Shown here in pieces: positions 63,025 to 64,000 of a stretch of 64,000 nt of DNA (positions are counted from its first letter, which is position 1; each line of letters begins with the position of its first letter). The DNA comes from Selaginella moellendorffii (taxonomy: Eukaryota > Plantae > Lycopodiophyta). Made by a program: the position numbers and the translations under genes. Below the pieces are notes generated by a model. That model was not told where the DNA came from, ran no database searches, and saw only the letters and a list, made by a program, of their open reading frames with translations. Location of the stretch: positions 803,460 to 867,459 of the forward strand of contig NW_003314286.1 in NCBI RefSeq assembly GCF_000143415.4. The letters run 5' to 3'.

Positions 63025-64000
63025 TCATGGCTGCAAGACTTTGGCAGACGACTTTCCTAGAAGTTGAAACACTGCGGATTTCGACGGCAGGGCGGGGATT
63101 GCTCCCCTCTCCGTAGTTGCGATCGCACCGCAAGCATTTGCAAAGAGGAGAGCTTCTCTCAGCCTCGGTTCGTCCTGACACAAAAACATTTGATTCATTC
63201 TCCATTTCTAGGAACGCAACGAATCTTACCTTGTACAAGGATGGCTCTTTTACGAGCTGAGTTAAGGCTCCAGCGACGAACGCATCACCTGCGCCTGTTG
63301 TGTCGACGGCGTCGACTTTGATACCGTCCACACGACCAAGAAACTCCTGTAACAGTAAGCGAACATGAAAACCAAGGAAAGACAAGGCTAAACAAAAGAA
63401 AAACTGGAACCTTTGTGTAATAGCGGCAGCCGCCTTCGCCTTCGGTCACTAGCAAGAGCTTCAAGTTTGGATGCATGAGAGCTTGAGCTGCTTCATCGCT
63501 GTAAGGGTCACCTCCTTCAGTTAGAAATGTGATCTCCTCCTCACTTATCTTCAAATTTTAAAGCCACCGAGCAAACTTAGAAACTTGGAAACTTCGACCT
63601 TTGAAAAATAAAAGAACTCATTCACACAAACCTTGATGATATCGGCTTCGTTCCAAATGCTTTTGATGCCTGTGCGAGCAGCCTCTGCCGAACTCCACAA
63701 CGGAAGTCTTAAGTTGGGGTCATACGAGAGGACCGCTCCAGCTTCTCTGGCGATTTTCATCGCGGCCAAGTGAGCGGATCTGCAAGGCTCCGCGATGAGA
63801 CTGATAGAGCCGTAGTGAAAAATGGACGCCTGGAAGTTATCAAGCCAAGTAAGAACGCAAGTGATGTGAAGTAATACTTTTGATACCTGCTTGATAAGGT
63901 CAGCGTCAAGCTCCTCAGGCTTAAGTAACATATCCGCGCTAGGATTGCGGTAAAACATAAACTCGCGCTCGCCATCCTTGCGGAGAGTCACAAACGCGAG
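63025..64000 (-). CDS. FRK: Fructokinase (pfkB family), 3' part; runs off the window
   Basis: [67 protein letters not shown]; stop TGA 63027-63025. Confidence 0.96.

Overview
Eukaryotic nuclear DNA from a land plant. The very short introns (about 45-85 bp), dense GC-rich genes and gene content suggest a lycophyte such as Selaginella (inference). GC-rich gene islands alternate sharply with AT-rich blocks of nested transposons. Genes: extensin; organellar small heat-shock protein; frameshifted F-box gene; Agenet-domain gene; SEUSS-like; CIPK; NC2-alpha/DRAP1; DPB3-2/NF-YC13-like histone-fold gene; aspartyl aminopeptidase; partial cis-prenyltransferase; partial papain-like gene lacking the catalytic His; partial fructokinase. 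Mobile DNA: six copies of a long microsatellite-bearing LTR (family A), nested up to three levels deep with target-site duplications (TSDs); a 673-bp TRIM; a 1.16-kb non-autonomous hAT; a decayed Mutator-like transposase; and three copies of a short-LTR Ty3/gypsy family (family G). Family G has 4-bp TSDs, a tRNA-Ala-like primer site and a retrovirus-style -1 frameshift signal (G GGA AAC plus predicted pseudoknot). The most striking item is an intact, intronless 282-aa ORF (signal peptide + unknown domain + bulb-type lectin) lying antisense inside a heavily decayed family-G element, with junctions that look like reverse-transcriptase template switching. Three assembly gaps (2573-3257, 10353-10452, 61310-61409) limit some calls.
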